A stretch of 64,000 nt of DNA from Ranitomeya imitator (lineage: Eukaryota): positions 105,772,001 to 105,836,000 of the forward strand of contig NC_091283.1 in assembly GCF_032444005.1 (NCBI RefSeq), in the 5' to 3' direction. Within the stretch, counting starts at the first letter, position 1; every line of letters starts with the position of its first letter. Both the position numbers and the translations under genes were made by a program. Below the pieces are notes generated by a model, which saw only the letters and a program-made list of their open reading frames with translations, made no database searches and was not told where the DNA came from. Shown piece after piece: positions 39,510 to 50,712 of the stretch.

Positions 39510-40808
39510 TCAGGATCCCAAAAATGAGGCAAAAGAAAGGGACTCATTCAGCCCCCTAGGGGTCAGTGTATCCAATAATGTGATCCATTTCGCCTCGACT
39601 TGTGCCAAGGTTTTCTTGTAGTCCCCCCCTCTTATACCAAGATGAATTACATCTATCCCCCTCACCTTAAATGAAGATGGTTCACAATTATGGTATTGTC
39701 TAAAGTGACGGGGGATGGTTTTGAGGAGGGTAACATCGGTCGCTGTCCTGGCCGCACAAATGTCCCGCACATGCTCCCGCACCCTTATTCTAAGCTCTCT
39801 TGAGGTGAGTCCCACGTAAATTTTGGAGCACCCACATGTAGCATAGTAGATCACATTTGTGCTGCTACAAGAGATCCGATGTCTTATATCATAAGTTTTT
39901 TTACCGTCTGAAGAACAGAAGGTAGAGCAGCGCAGGACATTTGTGCAGGCAAGACAGCGACCGCATGGTATGGATCCCAATGTTGGACCCCTAGAACTGA
40001 ATGGGTGCTTCGTGGTAGGCACATAATGGCTTTTTACAAGGAGATCCTTTAAATTTTTGGATCTCCGTGCAGTCATTAGGGGGTAATCACCCAAAGATGT
40101 TCCCAGGGAGGGCTCAGTATTCAAAATTGACCAGTGTTTAGAAAGGATCTGCCGCATATCCTCCCATTCATGATTGAATATTGATATAAACCGAATAGGT
40201 CCATTCTCGATTGTACGTGGCCGAGCCCTGGTAGCTTTGAGGAGATCGCCACGTGGAGTCGCCCGTGCCCTCCGATATCCTTGTTTGATGCACCGGTTAG
40301 AATAACCGCGTGCAGCAAATCTGGATTTAAGATCGGAGGCCTGTACTTCAAATTTTGCATCAGACGAACAGATCCGCCTCATCCGGAGGAACTGTCCGAC
40401 CGGGACGGCCCTAATAGTAGAGGAAATGTGAGCTGAGGACGCATGAATCAAAGAATTCACAGATGTCGGTTTACGATATACATCTGTTTGAATGGACCTA
40501 TCATGGTCCACTTCAAAGGTAACATCTAAAAAATTAACCCTCTTGACATCATAATTATAGGTCAAAAATATATTCAAAGGATTCCGATTCAGCGTCCCCA
40601 TAAATTCCTCGAGTTGCTGCACCGTCCCATCCCACAAAAAGAAAACATCATCCAAATACCTATGCCAGCACAGCACATGGGAGGCGGCCCGTGGGCCCTC
40701 GTCGCCAAAGATTGATCTCTCCCAGGCTCCCAAGAAGAGATTAGCATACGAGGGCGCACAGGCCGCGCCCATGGCTGTGCCACGCCTCTGTAAATAAAAA
40801 CAGTCCTT
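39510..40808 (-). pseudogene. 5'-truncated PLE ORF (RT C-terminal half + GIY-YIG), inverted copy
   Basis: Same protein as the 3' part of the full ORF except one R>H change (EVDHDR). Confidence 0.9.
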
Positions 40809-40823
40809 ATAGACAAAAAAAAA

Positions 40824-42122
40824 AAGGACTGTTTTTATTTACAGAGGCGTGGCACAGCCATGGGCGCGGCCTGTGCGCCCTCGTATGCTAATCTCTTCTT
40901 GGGAGCCTGGGAGAGATCAATCTTTGGCGACGAGGGCCCACGGGCCGCCTCCCATGTGCTGTGCTGGCATAGGTATTTGGATGATGTTTTCTTTTTGTGG
41001 GATGGGACGGTGCAGCAACTCGAGGAATTTATGGGGACGCTGAATCGGAATCCTTTGAATATATTTTTGACCTATAATTATGATGTCAAGAGGGTTAATT
41101 TTTTAGATGTTACCTTTGAAGTGGACCGTGATAGGTCCATTCAAACAGATGTATATCGTAAACCGACATCTGTGAATTCTTTGATTCATGCGTCCTCAGC
41201 TCACATTTCCTCTACTATTAGGGCCGTCCCGGTCGGACAGTTCCTCCGGATGAGGCGGATCTGTTCGTCTGATGCAAAATTTGAAGTACAGGCCTCCGAT
41301 CTTAAATCCAGATTTGCTGCACGCGGTTATTCTAACCGGTGCATCAAACAAGGATATCGGAGGGCACGGGCGACTCCACGTGGCGATCTCCTCAAAGCTA
41401 CCAGGGCTCGGCCACGTACAATCGAGAATGGACCTATTCGGTTTATATCAATATTCAATCATGAATGGGAGGATATGCGGCAGATCCTTTCTAAACACTG
41501 GTCAATTTTGAATACTGAGCCCTCCCTGGGAACATCTTTGGGTGATTACCCCCTAATGACTGCACGGAGATCCAAAAATTTAAAGGATCTCCTTGTAAAA
41601 AGCCATTATGTGCCTACCACGAAGCACCCATTCAGTTCTAGGGGTCCAACATTGGGATCCATACCATGCGGTCGCTGTCTTGCCTGCACAAATGTCCTGC
41701 GCTGCTCTACCTTCTGTTCTTCAGACGGTAAAAAAACTTATGATATAAGACATCGGATCTCTTGTAGCAGCACAAATGTGATCTACTATGCTACATGTGG
41801 GTGCTCCAAAATTTACGTGGGACTCACCTCAAGAGAGCTTAGAATAAGGGTGCGGGAGCATGTGCGGGACATTTGTGCGGCCAGGACAGCGACCGATGTT
41901 ACCCTCCTCAAAACCATCCCCCGTCACTTTAGACAATACCATAATTGTGAACCATCTTCATTTAAGGTGAGGGGGATAGATGTAATTCATCTTGGTATAA
42001 GAGGGGGGGACTACAAGAAAACCTTGGCACAAGTCGAGGCGAAATGGATCACATTATTGGATACACTGACCCCTAGGGGGCTGAATGAGTCCCTTTCTTT
42101 TGCCTCATTTTTGGGATCCTGA
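40824..42122 (+). pseudogene. 5'-truncated PLE ORF, direct partial copy
   Basis: 420-aa track ORF identical to the C-terminus of 43370-46465. Confidence 0.9.
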
Positions 42123-42834
42123 TTATCTATTCCTTATATTCTATTGGTTTTTGCTCCTGTCATGGTCCTATGGACATTTGGTTAGGGTGTCTATGTTTTT
42201 ATTGTTTTTAATTTCTTTTTATGTTTTGTGTAATTCTGTTACATTTATAACCTTGCAGTGGGACCTCAAAAGTCTGTGGCCCCTTCTTTCATCTATTTTG
42301 GATTCAGGATACTAACTGTCACCATCTGTGCTACTTATCAACTGCCGGAAGATGCACAAGACAATATCATGTGAAATTGATGGACTGAGAACCACTTTTT
42401 GGATCGAACTAAACTTGATTACTGTGTTACTTGTGATCTGTGATATAATTATTGATATATTGTGGTTCTTATGATGTCATATATATGTTCAATTTCTCTT
42501 AGGTACCGTACTTGGTACTATACGTTTTCTGCACTTCCGGTGCAATGTAGAGGTTTCTCCTCTTTACGTTGGTGATATAGTGGCTGTGCGCATGCGCGCC
42601 AGTGCCCGGGATTCCTGCTGAGCGACGGCGCGTCTTATTACCTTGCTCGCACGCCTGGGGATTATTATTTACTCCCCGCGCGTGCGCAGTAACGTTGACG
42701 CTCCTTTGCACTGCCAGGACCTGTGACACGCGGTGCGCATGCGCCGCTATTCGGCCACCTTTGATTGGCCCTTGATGGGCATGTGATGCACTCTTTGACC
42801 TTAAAAGGTCCTCCTGCATATGTTATTCTCACTT

Positions 42835-42878
42835 CCCTTGAGAAAGCGTTCTATTGGAGACGCGAAACGCGCGTCGGG
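42835..42878 (+). ncRNA. Minimal type I hammerhead ribozyme motif (upstream pLTR)
   Basis: CCC-TTGAGAA-A-GCGT(loop)ACGC-GAAA-CGCGC-GTC-GGG; predicted cut after 42875. Confidence 0.7.
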
Positions 42879-43229
42879 CTTTTTCTACACCCGCCCCAGG
42901 TCCCCTTCAGCGTTTGCCCGTGGTAAGTGTGTACCGGCCCTGTAGGGTACTATATTATATAGACCCCTTGTTACTATATATATAAGATCGATTCTGGGCA
43001 AGGCTACTTACTGGTGCTATACCCTAATGCACATGCACTTTATGTCTAAATGGATTATTTTGCACTAAGGGGCAAATGCAACCGGTGATTCCTGGTTACC
43101 CCGGTATTGTATCTGCACATGTATCACTTTATCTGATTGTTCTTTGAAAATTATTTATGATATGTAATGTGAACTATCAATAAATTTTGACCTTTTACTG
43201 TTTACCCAAGAAAACTCTTGTTTCTCCCT

Positions 43230-43352
43230 GTAAGTATGTTTGTTTGAGTGGGTATACTTTCTTTTTGTATGGGCTAATTTTAGCCTTCTATGCTGACAGA
43301 ATTATGTCAAAGAGGTTGTGGTGGCTACTAATTATTTCTGTGTTTTTCACAG
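43230..43352 (+). other. Predicted 123-nt spliceosomal intron in the PLE leader
   Basis: GTAAGT donor at 43230; TACTAAT branch-like motif at 43326-43332; pyrimidine tract; CAG at 43350-43352. Confidence 0.7.
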
Positions 43353-43369
43353 TGGACCTCTATGGTAAT

Positions 43370-46300
43370 ATGGATTTCCGTGCGCGCGATCAGACGTGGC
43401 GCGCACTAATTAATGATACTGTGCAGGATGATGCAGAGGGTTGTTCGGTGGGATCTGACAGGAGCATACAAGATGCTATTAACAAATTTAAAGATCTATT
43501 AAGGAGACGGACACGTATTTGGTGGAACCATGCGTTCCTAGAGAAATATATACAAAAAGATCTGATACCCCGAGGTTTACGGGTGCAGGTCTTCCCATCC
43601 TTTCCTGTTGAAGACGAAACATTTAAAAACAAGTGGGAAACCTTGACTAACACATGCTCTAGAGGTTTCCTGGAACTCCTGAAAAATATGAACCAGGATT
43701 CCCTGACCTCTTTGGAGGTCGAAATTGAGGAGTTACAGGTTATTCTACGTAGGGATATGACGACTGACGCCCTCAAAAAGCTAAATGAGGAGATGGACTC
43801 GCTCTCCCAAAAATGGGCGAATGAAATCCAGACTACGAAAAGTAAGAAATTTCAGAGGGATGTGGAAGATAAGAGGCTCTCACGGATCTATAGGTGGCGG
43901 AGTGGTAATGATCGGTCTAGGCCACAATTTAGAAATTCGTCATATTCAAGGTCACGATCGACATCCGCTAGATCTAATATTTCAGGAGAGGAGGAGATGG
44001 TATCTAAAAACACCAAACTGAGTGGGACTTCGGGAGGCACATCAAGTTATAAACGGACAACGAGACAGATTGTTAAATCTAAGGCCAACACAGGGGCATC
44101 ATCCGATTCCCAGGGGGGGCTCCAGGTAGTTAATCTATCATCCTATCAACTTACAGATGTTCAGTTACAACTCTTATCTAAGGGATTATCTTTTTCTCCT
44201 ACTAACTCATTTCATTATTTTACAGCTATAAAGGATCTGCACTTATTCTCCCGGAAGCTTCTATTAAAGAAATTACATCAGAAAAAGAATTTTTGTGAAC
44301 CCATGACTGAGATCGAGAGGGAGGCTCTCCAGAATCTGGAGGATCTTCTGGATGAACAGGTTGGTTCAGACACCAATAAATTTCCTACTTCATCCTTACC
44401 CAGATCTACCAGGTTCCCCCCCTTGTCTCTGAGCCCGGCGATTGAGGTCTTCACTAGATGTGTTAGTGAGGACTTCAAGAAACTTTCAACAAGGAGACGT
44501 TATGATAATTTGACACATAAGGAACGCCTGGCTTTATCTCAATTACAATCTTTGCCTGATATTGTCTTTAAATCAGCAGACAAGGGGGGGAACATTGTGA
44601 TCTGGCCTCAGGATAAATACGAGCGTGAGGCCCTCAGACAATTGAGGAACCCCGACACATACTCCAGATTATCCTGCAGTCCTCTGGTTGGCTTCTCTCT
44701 CGATCTACAGGGCATTTTGGTCCGAGCCTTGGACAGAGATGTTATTACTAAACAGGTGTTAGAGGGTCTAACGGTGAAATTCCCTAAAATTCCAACCTTC
44801 TACCTGTTACCTAAGATCCACAAGAATGCCCTCGACCCCCCAGGGCGTCCCATTGTGTCTGGCATCGGGGGTCTCTGCAATCCGATCTGTCAATTCATTG
44901 ACTTTTACCTTAAACCCCTAGTGGAGACATTACCGTCATATGTACGGGACACAACGGACGCCCTGGCGAGGGTTGACGGCATTCTTGTGGACCATGATAC
45001 TTTGATGGTGACCGCCGACGTGGAGAGCCTTTACACTTGTATTGACCATCAACATGGCATGGAGGCAGTCCGCCTCTTCCTGGGGGCCTCCGACCGTGAC
45101 GGCCCTTTATGCGATTTTATCCTCGAGTTGCTGCACTATGTCCTTACCCATAATTTTTTTGTCTATAAGGACTGTTTTTATTTACAGAGGCGTGGCACAG
45201 CCATGGGCGCGGCCTGTGCGCCCTCGTATGCTAATCTCTTCTTGGGAGCCTGGGAGAGATCAATCTTTGGCGACGAGGGCCCACGGGCCGCCTCCCATGT
45301 GCTGTGCTGGCATAGGTATTTGGATGATGTTTTCTTTTTGTGGGATGGGACGGTGCAGCAACTCGAGGAATTTATGGGGACGCTGAATCGGAATCCTTTG
45401 AATATATTTTTGACCTATAATTATGATGTCAAGAGGGTTAATTTTTTAGATGTTACCTTTGAAGTGGACCGTGATAGGTCCATTCAAACAGATGTATATC
45501 GTAAACCGACATCTGTGAATTCTTTGATTCATGCGTCCTCAGCTCACATTTCCTCTACTATTAGGGCCGTCCCGGTCGGACAGTTCCTCCGGATGAGGCG
45601 GATCTGTTCGTCTGATGCAAAATTTGAAGTACAGGCCTCCGATCTTAAATCCAGATTTGCTGCACGCGGTTATTCTAACCGGTGCATCAAACAAGGATAT
45701 CGGAGGGCACGGGCGACTCCACGTGGCGATCTCCTCAAAGCTACCAGGGCTCGGCCACGTACAATCGAGAATGGACCTATTCGGTTTATATCAATATTCA
45801 ATCATGAATGGGAGGATATGCGGCAGATCCTTTCTAAACACTGGTCAATTTTGAATACTGAGCCCTCCCTGGGAACATCTTTGGGTGATTACCCCCTAAT
45901 GACTGCACGGAGATCCAAAAATTTAAAGGATCTCCTTGTAAAAAGCCATTATGTGCCTACCACGAAGCACCCATTCAGTTCTAGGGGTCCAACATTGGGA
46001 TCCATACCATGCGGTCGCTGTCTTGCCTGCACAAATGTCCTGCGCTGCTCTACCTTCTGTTCTTCAGACGGTAAAAAAACTTATGATATAAGACATCGGA
46101 TCTCTTGTAGCAGCACAAATGTGATCTACTATGCTACATGTGGGTGCTCCAAAATTTACGTGGGACTCACCTCAAGAGAGCTTAGAATAAGGGTGCGGGA
46201 GCATGTGCGGGACATTTGTGCGGCCAGGACAGCGACCGATGTTACCCTCCTCAAAACCATCCCCCGTCACTTTAGACAATACCATAATTGTGAACCATCT

Positions 46301-46465
46301 TCATTTAAGGTGAGGGGGATAGATGTAATTCATCTTGGTATAAGAGGGGGGGACTACAAGAAAACCTTGGCACAAGTCGAGGCGAAATGGATCACATTAT
46401 TGGATACACTGACCCCTAGGGGGCTGAATGAGTCCCTTTCTTTTGCCTCATTTTTGGGATCCTGA
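43370..46465 (+). CDS. PLE polyprotein (1031 aa from the ATG at 43370): N-terminal domain, RT, Cys linker, GIY-YIG endonuclease
   Basis: Uninterrupted frame; motifs LIPRGLR, GRPIVS, TADVESLYT, GTAMGAACAPSYANLF, RYLDD, PCGRCLAC (Neptune-type linker) and VIY...YVG..R....R..EH. The track ORF extends upstream to 43187 without a likely start. Confidence 0.93.
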   Translation: MDFRARDQTWRALINDTVQDDAEGCSVGSDRSIQDAINKFKDLLRRRTRIWWNHAFLEKYIQKDLIPRGLRVQVFPSFPVEDETFKNKWETLTNTCSRGFLELLKNMNQDSLTSLEVEIEELQVILRRDMTTDALKKLNEEMDSLSQKWANEIQTTKSKKFQRDVEDKRLSRIYRWRSGNDRSRPQFRNSSYSRSRSTSARSNISGEEEMVSKNTKLSGTSGGTSSYKRTTRQIVKSKANTGASSDSQGGLQVVNLSSYQLTDVQLQLLSKGLSFSPTNSFHYFTAIKDLHLFSRKLLLKKLHQKKNFCEPMTEIEREALQNLEDLLDEQVGSDTNKFPTSSLPRSTRFPPLSLSPAIEVFTRCVSEDFKKLSTRRRYDNLTHKERLALSQLQSLPDIVFKSADKGGNIVIWPQDKYEREALRQLRNPDTYSRLSCSPLVGFSLDLQGILVRALDRDVITKQVLEGLTVKFPKIPTFYLLPKIHKNALDPPGRPIVSGIGGLCNPICQFIDFYLKPLVETLPSYVRDTTDALARVDGILVDHDTLMVTADVESLYTCIDHQHGMEAVRLFLGASDRDGPLCDFILELLHYVLTHNFFVYKDCFYLQRRGTAMGAACAPSYANLFLGAWERSIFGDEGPRAASHVLCWHRYLDDVFFLWDGTVQQLEEFMGTLNRNPLNIFLTYNYDVKRVNFLDVTFEVDRDRSIQTDVYRKPTSVNSLIHASSAHISSTIRAVPVGQFLRMRRICSSDAKFEVQASDLKSRFAARGYSNRCIKQGYRRARATPRGDLLKATRARPRTIENGPIRFISIFNHEWEDMRQILSKHWSILNTEPSLGTSLGDYPLMTARRSKNLKDLLVKSHYVPTTKHPFSSRGPTLGSIPCGRCLACTNVLRCSTFCSSDGKKTYDIRHRISCSSTNVIYYATCGCSKIYVGLTSRELRIRVREHVRDICAARTATDVTLLKTIPRHFRQYHNCEPSSFKVRGIDVIHLGIRGGDYKKTLAQVEAKWITLLDTLTPRGLNESLSFASFLGS

Positions 46466-47177
46466 TTATCTATTCCTTATATTCTATTGGTTTTTGCTCC
46501 TGTCATGGTCCTATGGACATTTGGTTAGGGTGTCTATGTTTTTATTGTTTTTAATTTCTTTTTATGTTTTGTGTAATTCTGTTACATTTATAACCTTGCA
46601 GTGGGACCTCAAAAGTCTGTGGCCCCTTCTTTCATCTATTTTGGATTCAGGATACTAACTGTCACCATCTGTGCTACTTATCAACTGCCGGAAGATGCAC
46701 AAGACAATATCATGTGAAATTGATGGACTGAGAACCACTTTTTGGATCGAACTAAACTTGATTACTGTGTTACTTGTGATCTGTGATATAATTATTGATA
46801 TATTGTGGTTCTTATGATGTCATATATATGTTCAATTTCTCTTAGGTACCGTACTTGGTACTATACGTTTTCTGCACTTCCGGTGCAATGTAGAGGTTTC
46901 TCCTCTTTACGTTGGTGATATAGTGGCTGTGCGCATGCGCGCCAGTGCCCGGGATTCCTGCTGAGCGACGGCGCGTCTTATTACCTTGCTCGCACGCCTG
47001 GGGATTATTATTTACTCCCCGCGCGTGCGCAGTAACGTTGACGCTCCTTTGCACTGCCAGGACCTGTGACACGCGGTGCGCATGCGCCGCTATTCGGCCA
47101 CCTTTGATTGGCCCTTGATGGGCATGTGATGCACTCTTTGACCTTAAAAGGTCCTCCTGCATATGTTATTCTCACTT

Positions 47178-47221
47178 CCCTTGAGAAAGCGTTCTATTGG
47201 AGACGCGAAACGCGCGTCGGG
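47178..47221 (+). ncRNA. Minimal type I hammerhead ribozyme motif (downstream pLTR)
   Basis: Same sequence as 42835-42878, 4343 nt downstream; predicted cut after 47218. Confidence 0.7.
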
Positions 47222-48253
47222 CTTTTTCTACACCCGCCCCAGGTCCCCTTCAGCGTTTGCCCGTGGTAAGTGTGTACCGGCCCTGTAGGGTACTATATTA
47301 TATAGACCCCTTGTTACTATATATATAAGATCGATTCTGGGCAAGGCTACTTACTGGTGCTATACCCTAATGCACATGCACTTTATGTCTAAATGGATTA
47401 TTTTGCACTAAGGGGCAAATGCAACCGGTGATTCCTGGTTACCCCGGTATTATATCTGCACATGTATCACTTTATCTGATTGTTCTTTGAAAATTATTTA
47501 TGATATGTAATGTGAACTATCAATAAATTTTGACCTTTTACTGTTTACCCAAGAAAACTCTTGTTTCTCCCTGTAAGTATGTTTGTTTGAGTGGGTATAC
47601 TTTCTTTTTGTATGGGCTAATTTTAGCCTTCTATGCTGACAGAATTATGTCAAAGAGGTTGTGGTGGCTACCCATACCCAATTTGTAGGCCCAATGCAGC
47701 GTAGTTTCCAACAACTACTAAACGAGAGCCGGAAGATCGAAGCTCAGGAAAGGCAACCTGGGGAACACCTTGGAGTGTAACAAACCCTCTCTCTACACCA
47801 CGGAAGGGCTGATTCTTAGGAAGGAAGGCTGTCGGAAAGAAGCAGGGCGCATCCGAGGGTGATTATATTCTTATTAGGTATATACTCACCCTCGGACGCG
47901 CCCTGCTTCTTTATTTGTAATGAATGTTTATTTGCAATGTGGTTTTGACTTACTCTATTTTTTTGGTAAATAATGATTTTATTATTTTCATTGTTTTGCA
48001 TCTTCTTGGCAATAATATAAAGAAGACGCGACAGGACAACACTCGGTGGATGCCATATCTGTGTTTAAAATTGAAAAAACCTTTCAGTTAACTACTTGCA
48101 GGAGAAAGTTATTGTAGCTGGTGGCCATTTTTAGTACTGTACCAGATTTTTGTTGTATGTGTTTGTTTTTAATGTTAAAATGTCTGCATTTGATATCTCT
48201 CCAGTATTTTCTTTTTTATAAGCAACATACTTATTTTTATATTTTCTGATGTT

Positions 48254-50243
48254 GGTTCCAGGGGTACACGGGCAGCAGTGGTGTGGTCAGTGGAGGCCTA
48301 GTGGAAGGAGTGACCGCAGACAGGCATCGAAGGCCTAAAATAATAACACATGGCTGTAGGCAATTTTAAATTGGTTACAGGGGTACACGGGCAGCAGTGG
48401 TGTGGTCAGTGGAGGCCTAGTGGAAGGAGTTACCGCAGACAGGCATCGAAGGCCTAAAATAATAACACATGGCTGTAGGCAATTTTAAATTGGTTCCAGG
48501 GGTACACGGGCAGCAGTGGTGTGGTCAGTGGAGGCCTAGTGGAAGGAGTGACCGCAGACAGGCATCGAAGGCCTAAAATAATAACACATGGCTGTAGGCA
48601 ATTTTAAATTGGTTCCAGGGGTACACGGGCAGCAGTGGTGTGGTCAGTGGAGGCCTAGTGGAAGGAGTGACCGCAGACAGGCATCGAAGGCCTAAAATAA
48701 TAACACATGGCTGTAGGCAATTTTAAATTGGTTACAGGGGTACACGGGCAGCAGTGGTGTGGTCAGTGGAGGCCTAGTGGAAGGAGTCACCGCAGACAGG
48801 CATCGAAGGCCTAAAATAATAACACATGGCTGTAGGCAATTTTAAATTGGTTCCAGGGGTACACGGGCAGCAGTGGTGTGGTCAGTGGAGGCCTAGTGGA
48901 AGGAGTGACCGCAGACAGGCATCGAAGGCCTAAAATAATAACACATGGCTGTAGGCAATTTTAAATTGGTTCCAGGGGTACACGGGCAGCAGTGGTGTGG
49001 TCAGTGGAGGCCTAGTGGAAGGAGTGACCGCAGACAGGCATCGAAGGCCTAAAATAATAACACATGGCTGTAGGCAATTTTAAATTGGTTCCAGGGGTAC
49101 ACGGGCAGCAGTGGTGTGGTCAGTGGAGGCCTAGTGGAAGGAGTGACCGCAGACAGGCATCGAAGGCCTAAAATAATAACACATGGCTGTAGGCAATTTT
49201 AAACTGGTTCCAGGGGTACACGGGCAGCAGTGGTGTGGTCAGTGGAGGCCTATTGGAAGGAGTGACCGCAGACAGGCATCGAAGGCCTAAAATAATAACA
49301 CATGGCTGTAGGCAATTTTAAATTGGTTACAGGGGTACACGGGCAGCAGTGGTGTGGTCAGTGGAGGCCTAGTGGAAGGAGTGACCGCAGACAGGCATCG
49401 AAGGCCTAAAATAATAACACATGGCTGTAGGCAATTTTAAATTGGTTCCAGGGGTACACGGGCAGCAGTGGTGTGGTCAGTGGAGGCCTAGTGGAAGGAG
49501 TGACCGCAGACAGGCATCGAAGGCCTAAAATAATAACACATGGCTGTAGGCAATTTTAAATTGGTTCCAGGGGTACACGGGCAGCAGTGGTGTGGTCAGT
49601 GGAGGCCTAGTGGAAGGAGTGACCGCAGACAGGCATCGAAGGCCTAAAATAATAACACATGGCTGTAGGCAATTTTAAATTGGTTACAGGGGTACACGGG
49701 CAGCAGTGGTGTGGTCAGTGGAGGCCTAGTGGAAGGAGTGACCGCAGACAGGCATCGAAGGCCTAAAATAATAACACATGGCTGTAGGCAATTTTAAATT
49801 GGTTCCAGGGGTACACGGGCAGCAGTGGTGTGGTCAGTGGAGGCCTAGTGGAAGGAGTGACCGCAGACAGGCATCGAAGGCCTAAAATAATAACACATGG
49901 CTGTAGGCAATTTTAAATTGGTTCCAGGGGTACACGGGCAGCAGTGGTGTGGTCAGTGGAGGCCTAGTGGAAGGAGTGACCGCAGACAGGCATCGAAGGC
50001 CTAAAATAATAACACATGGCTGTAGGCAATTTTAAATTGGTTACAGGGGTACACGGGCAGCAGTGGTGTGGTCAGTGGAGGCCTAGTGGAAGGAGTGACC
50101 GCAGACAGGCATCGAAGGCCTAAAATAATAACACATGGCTGTAGGCAATTTTAAATTGGTTCCAGGGGTACACGGGCAGCAGTGGTGTGGTCAGTGGAGG
50201 CCTAGTGGAAGGAGTGACCACAGACAGGCATCGAAGGCCTAAC
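48254..50243. repeat. 119-bp tandem array, ~17 near-identical copies, inside the hAT
   Basis: CAGGGGTACACGGGCAGCAG recurs at an exact 119-bp period from 48260 to 50164. Confidence 0.97.
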
Positions 50244-50712
50244 ATAACAAAAATGTCAATACAATGGTATTGTCAGTGGCAGGCATTGAAGGATGTCAGC
50301 GCATAGACTAAACATTGGTGGAGCTGTGAGATAATTTTGCAAGTGGTAGAGCACTGTTTGAGCTGGGGTGGGGGGAAACTGTCTTGTGGCTGGCGGTACA
50401 GGCCCAGGGCCCCTCATATTACAACGGTGTGTCTGACGTTGGGTGCGCACCACCACCGCCAGAGACACTTTATTGTACTAGGAGGGACCCAGTGGCAGTG
50501 CCGTCGACCAAAAGCGGGCTCACCCACCTCTTCAGACAAACTGCACTCTCATGGGTGCTGTCGCCAAGTGTCGATACCACGGCCCCGTGTGGGGAGTTTG
50601 GCCATTTAGTGAGGTGTAAACATGTCGTATGCTGGACAATCAGGTGCAGAAAATTACGAGATTGGAAAAGGCATTCAGAATAGTCCACAGGCAAGACCTT
50701 TTCATAGGAAAG

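Larger units (their letters stand above)
38396..47670 (+). mobile_element. Penelope-like retroelement (Neptune type): inverted arm plus 1.58-unit tandem
   Basis: 38396-40808 is the reverse complement of 40824-43236; 40824-43327 is a direct repeat of 45167-47670 (unit 4343 bp); TSD CCCATACCCAATTT at 38382-38395 and 47671-47684. Confidence 0.95.

Noticed and set aside
38396-43236. Palindrome as a pure sequencing or assembly artefact
   Set aside because: Disfavoured, not excluded: a TSD flanks the whole insert, the arms differ at a site, the centre is asymmetric, and the layout matches known PLE structure. Raw reads would settle it.
43304-43369. Signal-peptide-like N-terminus MSKRLWWLLIISVFFTVDLYGN
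   Set aside because: The hydrophobic run is the translation of the branch point and pyrimidine tract of the predicted intron.
40824-47670. LTR retrotransposon with 2.5-kb LTRs
   Set aside because: The direct repeats contain coding sequence, lack TG..CA ends, PBS and PPT, and the protein is PLE RT + GIY-YIG with no gag, protease or integrase.
48254-50243. CRISPR-like regular array
   Set aside because: Head-to-tail identical monomers with no unique spacers, no cas genes and a eukaryotic context.
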